Shown in pieces: positions 60,644 through 64,000 of a stretch of 64,000 nt of DNA. Every line of letters starts with the position of its first letter. Positions within the stretch are counted from its first letter, which is position 1. Origin of the DNA: Longimicrobiales bacterium. GTDB taxonomy: Bacteria; Gemmatimonadota; Gemmatimonadetes; Longimicrobiales; Gaopeijiaceae. The stretch is taken from NCBI GenBank assembly GCA_965238005.1, contig OZ250165.1, positions 3,872,001 through 3,936,000 of the forward strand, in the 5' to 3' direction. The notes under the pieces were generated by a model. The model saw only the letters and a list, made by a program, of their open reading frames with translations. It was not told the origin of the DNA and did no database searches. Made by a program: the position numbers and the translations under genes.

Positions 60644-61653
60644 GCCAGAGCCCCCACTACGGCATCGGTGAACTCAGCGGTGGAGGACTCCCCGCCCATG
60701 TCGCGGGTCCGGGCCTCGCCCGAGCGCACTACCCCGTCGAGCGCGGCCCGGATACGGTCGGACACGTCGGGCTGCCCTACGTGGTCGAGGAGCAGGCACG
60801 CCGACAGGAGAAGCCCGGTCGGGTTCGCGACGCCCTGCCCGGTGATGTCCGGAGCGGAGCCGTGCACCGCCTCGAACATGGCGGCGTCCTCGCCGATGTT
60901 GCCGGCGGGAGCGAATCCGAGGCCACCCACGAGCCCCGCCATCAGATCGCTCAGGATGTCACCGAACATGTTCTCCATCACCAGGACGTCGAAGCGGTAC
61001 GGATCCAACACCAGCGCCATGGCCGTGGCGTCGATGATGCGGTCCTCCCACTCGATCTCGGGATAGTCGGCGGCCATCTCGCGCCCGACGTCGAGGAAGA
61101 GCCCCTGGGTGTACTTCAGGATGTTGGCCTTGTGGGCAAGGGTCACCTTCTTGCGACCGTGCTTCCGGGCGTATTCGAAGGCGTAGCGGAGGATGCGCTC
61201 GGCACCGAAGCGCGTCACGATCATCACCGACTCGGCCGCCGCTTTGGGATCTCCCTCCATACCGATGTAGTGCTCGACGCCCACGTAGAGGCCTTCCGTG
61301 TTCTCACGGATGAGGACGAGGTCGATGTCCTCGTAACGGCCGCCCGGCACGATGGTGAGGGCCGGGCGCACGTTGGCGTAGAGGTCGAACTCCTTGCGGA
61401 GCGCCACGTTGATGGAGCGGAAGCCCGAGCCCGAAGGAGTCGTGAGCGGGCCCTTGAGCGCCAACCCGCTCTGGCGCATGGAGTCCAGGGTGGCGTCCGG
61501 GAGAGGGGTGTGCGCGATGTCGAGAGCGGCGATCCCCGCCAGCTGCATGTCGTACTCGAGGTCCGCGTCGGCGGCTCGCAGGATATCGAGGGTGGCGTTG
61601 GTGACCTCCGGCCCGATCCCATCTCCGGGGATGACGGTGACGGTCTTGGTCAT
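60640..61653 (-). CDS. NAD-dependent isocitrate/isopropylmalate dehydrogenase family protein
   Basis: IPGDGIGPEV, IRENTEG, HKANI, NMFGDILSD, EAVHGSAPDI. Confidence 0.93.
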   Translation of the reverse strand: MTKTVTVIPGDGIGPEVTNATLDILRAADADLEYDMQLAGIAALDIAHTPLPDATLDSMRQSGLALKGPLTTPSGSGFRSINVALRKEFDLYANVRPALTIVPGGRYEDIDLVLIRENTEGLYVGVEHYIGMEGDPKAAAESVMIVTRFGAERILRYAFEYARKHGRKKVTLAHKANILKYTQGLFLDVGREMAADYPEIEWEDRIIDATAMALVLDPYRFDVLVMENMFGDILSDLMAGLVGGLGFAPAGNIGEDAAMFEAVHGSAPDITGQGVANPTGLLLSACLLLDHVGQPDVSDRIRAALDGVVRSGEARTRDMGGESSTAEFTDAVVGALA

Positions 61654-61730
61654 GCGACGGATCGTCCTTCAAGCGGAGGCATGCAGCAATGTAATGTGAA
61701 GTCGCAGGGCGGGCGCCGTACTCCGGGCGA

Positions 61731-62258
61731 TCAGCGTCCCACGAACTCGCTGCTGTATTCGAACTCCGTGTGATCCTCACCCCACTTGACGAGATCCTCG
61801 AGGAACGTGGGGAGCCTGGTGCCGTCGCGTCGCGCCTTGCCCGAGATGTTCCTGGCCCGCTTCCAGGTCAGCCCGTTGAGCTGGCTCCGTCGTAGGAACG
61901 CGCGTGCGACCTCGGTGTCCCGCCGACTCGTCTGGGTGATAACACGAACGCCCGAGAGACCGGGGTAGTCCCGGAGCAAGGTCTCGGTCTCTTCGGTGAA
62001 GAGGTAGATGTAGGGTCCGACCTTGGCCCACAGGCTGCCGCCGCGACGGACCTCCTGGAGCGGCTGGCTCACGGTGATCTCCAACACGTTGCCGCTCACG
62101 TGGAAGCTCAACGCCGACGACGATACGTAACGGGCACGCGCCTCGGCCTCGGAGGGCATCGGGAGGTCCGAGACCTCGCACGCCGCACCACCGAGGACCA
62201 TGATGGAGGTCAAGGCCAGGCCGACTTTCGAGAATCTATTCGCAAGCATGCTCTTCAT
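61731..62258 (-). CDS. Hypothetical lipoprotein
   Basis: Lipobox-like GAAC; operon context. Confidence 0.6.
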   Translation of the reverse strand: MKSMLANRFSKVGLALTSIMVLGGAACEVSDLPMPSEAEARARYVSSSALSFHVSGNVLEITVSQPLQEVRRGGSLWAKVGPYIYLFTEETETLLRDYPGLSGVRVITQTSRRDTEVARAFLRRSQLNGLTWKRARNISGKARRDGTRLPTFLEDLVKWGEDHTEFEYSSEFVGR

Positions 62259-62262
62259 TCCG

Positions 62263-62907
62263 CTATCGCATGTACCAAAACAGCATCTCCGCCAGCCTCT
62301 CCACGGCCGAGGCCACTGATCCAAAGTCGGCTACCTGGCCGGGCTGACCGGCCACCACCCCGAACCAAATCACCCGTCCGGTCGTCACGTCAATGATGGT
62401 GGAGACGATCTCTACCACCGAGACTCCTGCCGCCCCTTCGGCTCCCCTGCGCAGAGCCACGGGGATGAACGCCACATCGGCGTTGGCCAGCTCTCCCAGG
62501 CGGCGAACCTGGCCGTAAAGCGGATCCCCCACCCGGTCCACCTCGGCGGCAAGGAACATGCCCACACCCAGCCGGTCCACCGTGCTCTGGACGGCCGGGG
62601 CGCGCCGGAGGGTCGCTCGGAGCTCCTCCGGAAAAACCCAATCGACCTCCCTGCCTTGAGCCCGGAAGGCGAAAGCGATCTCCGGATCCACATCTCCCGG
62701 TACACCCTGCCGGGTCTGCGTCGGGTATACCATGACCCGTCTCCCCCGCAGATCCGGTACGAAGCCGCGGGTGCTTCCAGCCTCGGGAGGCGCCCCGGTG
62801 CCCCGTCCTCCGCACCCCTGTACGAGCAGAGTTGCAAGCACCGTGCCCACCACAGCTACGACGAGAGGGAAGCGAGCGACGTGCTCGAAGGTCTGCTGCG
62901 AATCCAT
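62263..62907 (-). CDS. Hypothetical lipoprotein
   Basis: Lipobox VQGC; IDVTTGRVIW. Confidence 0.6.
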   Translation of the reverse strand: MDSQQTFEHVARFPLVVAVVGTVLATLLVQGCGGRGTGAPPEAGSTRGFVPDLRGRRVMVYPTQTRQGVPGDVDPEIAFAFRAQGREVDWVFPEELRATLRRAPAVQSTVDRLGVGMFLAAEVDRVGDPLYGQVRRLGELANADVAFIPVALRRGAEGAAGVSVVEIVSTIIDVTTGRVIWFGVVAGQPGQVADFGSVASAVERLAEMLFWYMR

Positions 62908-63027
62908 CGGCCTCCCTGTCACGGTCACGAGGGGCGTGAGCACCCCGCTGGCTGAACCGTGAAAAGTATGCAAAGCGCGGAGGACGGTACACCCCGCCCG
63001 CCTGAGGAGAATTCGGGAGGGGTACCG

Positions 63028-63459
63028 TCAGGACTTCGGCTCCGGCTCCCCGGACTCCCGATCCTCTTCCGGCTCCAGAGTCAGGGCAGCGGAGTTGATG
63101 CAGTAGCGGAGGCCCGTGGGCTCCGGGCCATCGGGGAATACGTGACCGAGGTGACCGTCGCACGAGGCGCACAAAACCTCTGTGCGACGCGTGAAGAGGC
63201 CCCGGTCCTCCTCTGTGCCCACGGACTCGCCCTCCACGACGTCGTAGAAGCTCGGCCAGCCGGTGCCCGAGTCGAACTTGGTGTCGGAGTGGAAGAGGGG
63301 GGTGCCGCAGCCGGCACACACGTACGTTCCAGATTCCTTGCTGTCCCAGTACTCACCGGTGAAGGCCCGTTCGGTCCCCTTCTCTCTCAGGATCTGGAAC
63401 TGTTCGGGAGTGAGGGCCTCCCGCCACTCGGTTTCCGTCTTCTCCCGTTTGTGTGACAC
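63028..63459 (-). CDS. msrB: Peptide-methionine (R)-S-oxide reductase
   Basis: [35 protein letters not shown]. Confidence 0.97.
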   Translation of the reverse strand: MSHKREKTETEWREALTPEQFQILREKGTERAFTGEYWDSKESGTYVCAGCGTPLFHSDTKFDSGTGWPSFYDVVEGESVGTEEDRGLFTRRTEVLCASCDGHLGHVFPDGPEPTGLRYCINSAALTLEPEEDRESGEPEPKS

Positions 63460-63573
63460 GATCGTCTCCTGGACGGCGGGGGTCGTGATGCGCTCTTTAA
63501 ACTAGCTAGTGTGGTGTTACAGAAGTTCGCGAGCCACCGAGAGTGCCGAGGCGAGCGCGGTTCGCGGCCTCGG

Positions 63574-64000
63574 CTATTTCCCGCGCCAGATCTCGGTGTC
63601 GGGGCGGAACACGCCCCACGCGAACCAGAAGTGGTTGCCGTGAACGATCTCGGCGAGCTGCGTGCCCTCCAGCTCGCCCTTGACGGCCCGGCCCGAGAGA
63701 TTCCACTCCGATCCGGTCTCCCGGTCCCGGAATCGACCGTTGCCGCGGGGTTCGAAGGTCAGCACCCGCCCGTCGACCCGCGGGGAGAACGACGTGGACG
63801 AGCCCACGTCGCGGCCTCTCGCGATGGACGAGTTGTCGACGGCACTCGCGGTGCCGGAAGCCCAGAAGACCACCACGTCCAGGCTCCCCACCTTCACCTG
63901 GGCCACCCGCTCGTCCTTCAGGAGGGAGAACGGCAGGGCCAGGTACTCCCCGTCGCTCTCAAGGGCGACCACGCGCTCCATGGCCGGGAGTCGATCGTCT
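63574..64000 (-). CDS. DUF3179-family protein (5' end outside window)
   Basis: DRETGSEWNLSGRAVKG.L.G, FWFAWGVFRPDT. Confidence 0.8.
   Translation of the reverse strand, partial: DDRLPAMERVVALESDGEYLALPFSLLKDERVAQVKVGSLDVVVFWASGTASAVDNSSIARGRDVGSSTSFSPRVDGRVLTFEPRGNGRFRDRETGSEWNLSGRAVKGELEGTQLAEIVHGNHFWFAWGVFRPDTEIWRGK

Overview
High-GC bacterial chromosomal window; the gene complement (choice-of-anchor B, DUF885, DUF819, Ig-like and kelch lipoproteins) suggests Gemmatimonadota, which is an inference. About 1-33 kb and 54-64 kb are mostly housekeeping genes: sugar ABC transporter, ppk1 cluster, NosR-like/ApbE pair, rnpB next to tRNA-Arg(CCG), citramalate/isopropylmalate synthase, glutaryl-CoA dehydrogenase, isocitrate-type dehydrogenase and msrB. 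An accessory region at about 33.5-54 kb surrounds tRNA-Lys(CTT). Its core is a 6,972-bp integrase-less island bounded by exact 42-bp tRNA-Lys repeats (45090-45131 and 52062-52103), whose recognisable cargo is two convergent nucleotidyltransferase-based, defence-like operons. (A) SMODS/CD-NTase, SLATT 2TM effector, a second SMODS NTase with one in-frame TAG, then a HEPN-like ORF. (B) A Hailong-like pair (pentapeptide-repeat/ion-channel protein plus NTase) extended by two translationally coupled genes, a small helical protein and a PD-(D/E)XK nuclease. Left of the island is a probable cognate tyrosine integrase split by an IS3 element; right of the tRNA are two integron attC sites and a serine resolvase. 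Also notable: a signal-less alpha-2-macroglobulin-like protein behind a leaderless MerR-type regulator, an atypical-kinase/Omp85 fusion in a ppk1 operon with an orphan Pycsar-type effector, a DpsL-Rieske pair with tandem operator-like repeats, and a MITE. Several frameshifts and abrupt gene junctions suggest assembly error or decay, so single-base claims need read-level checks. All family assignments come from motif recognition, not database searches.
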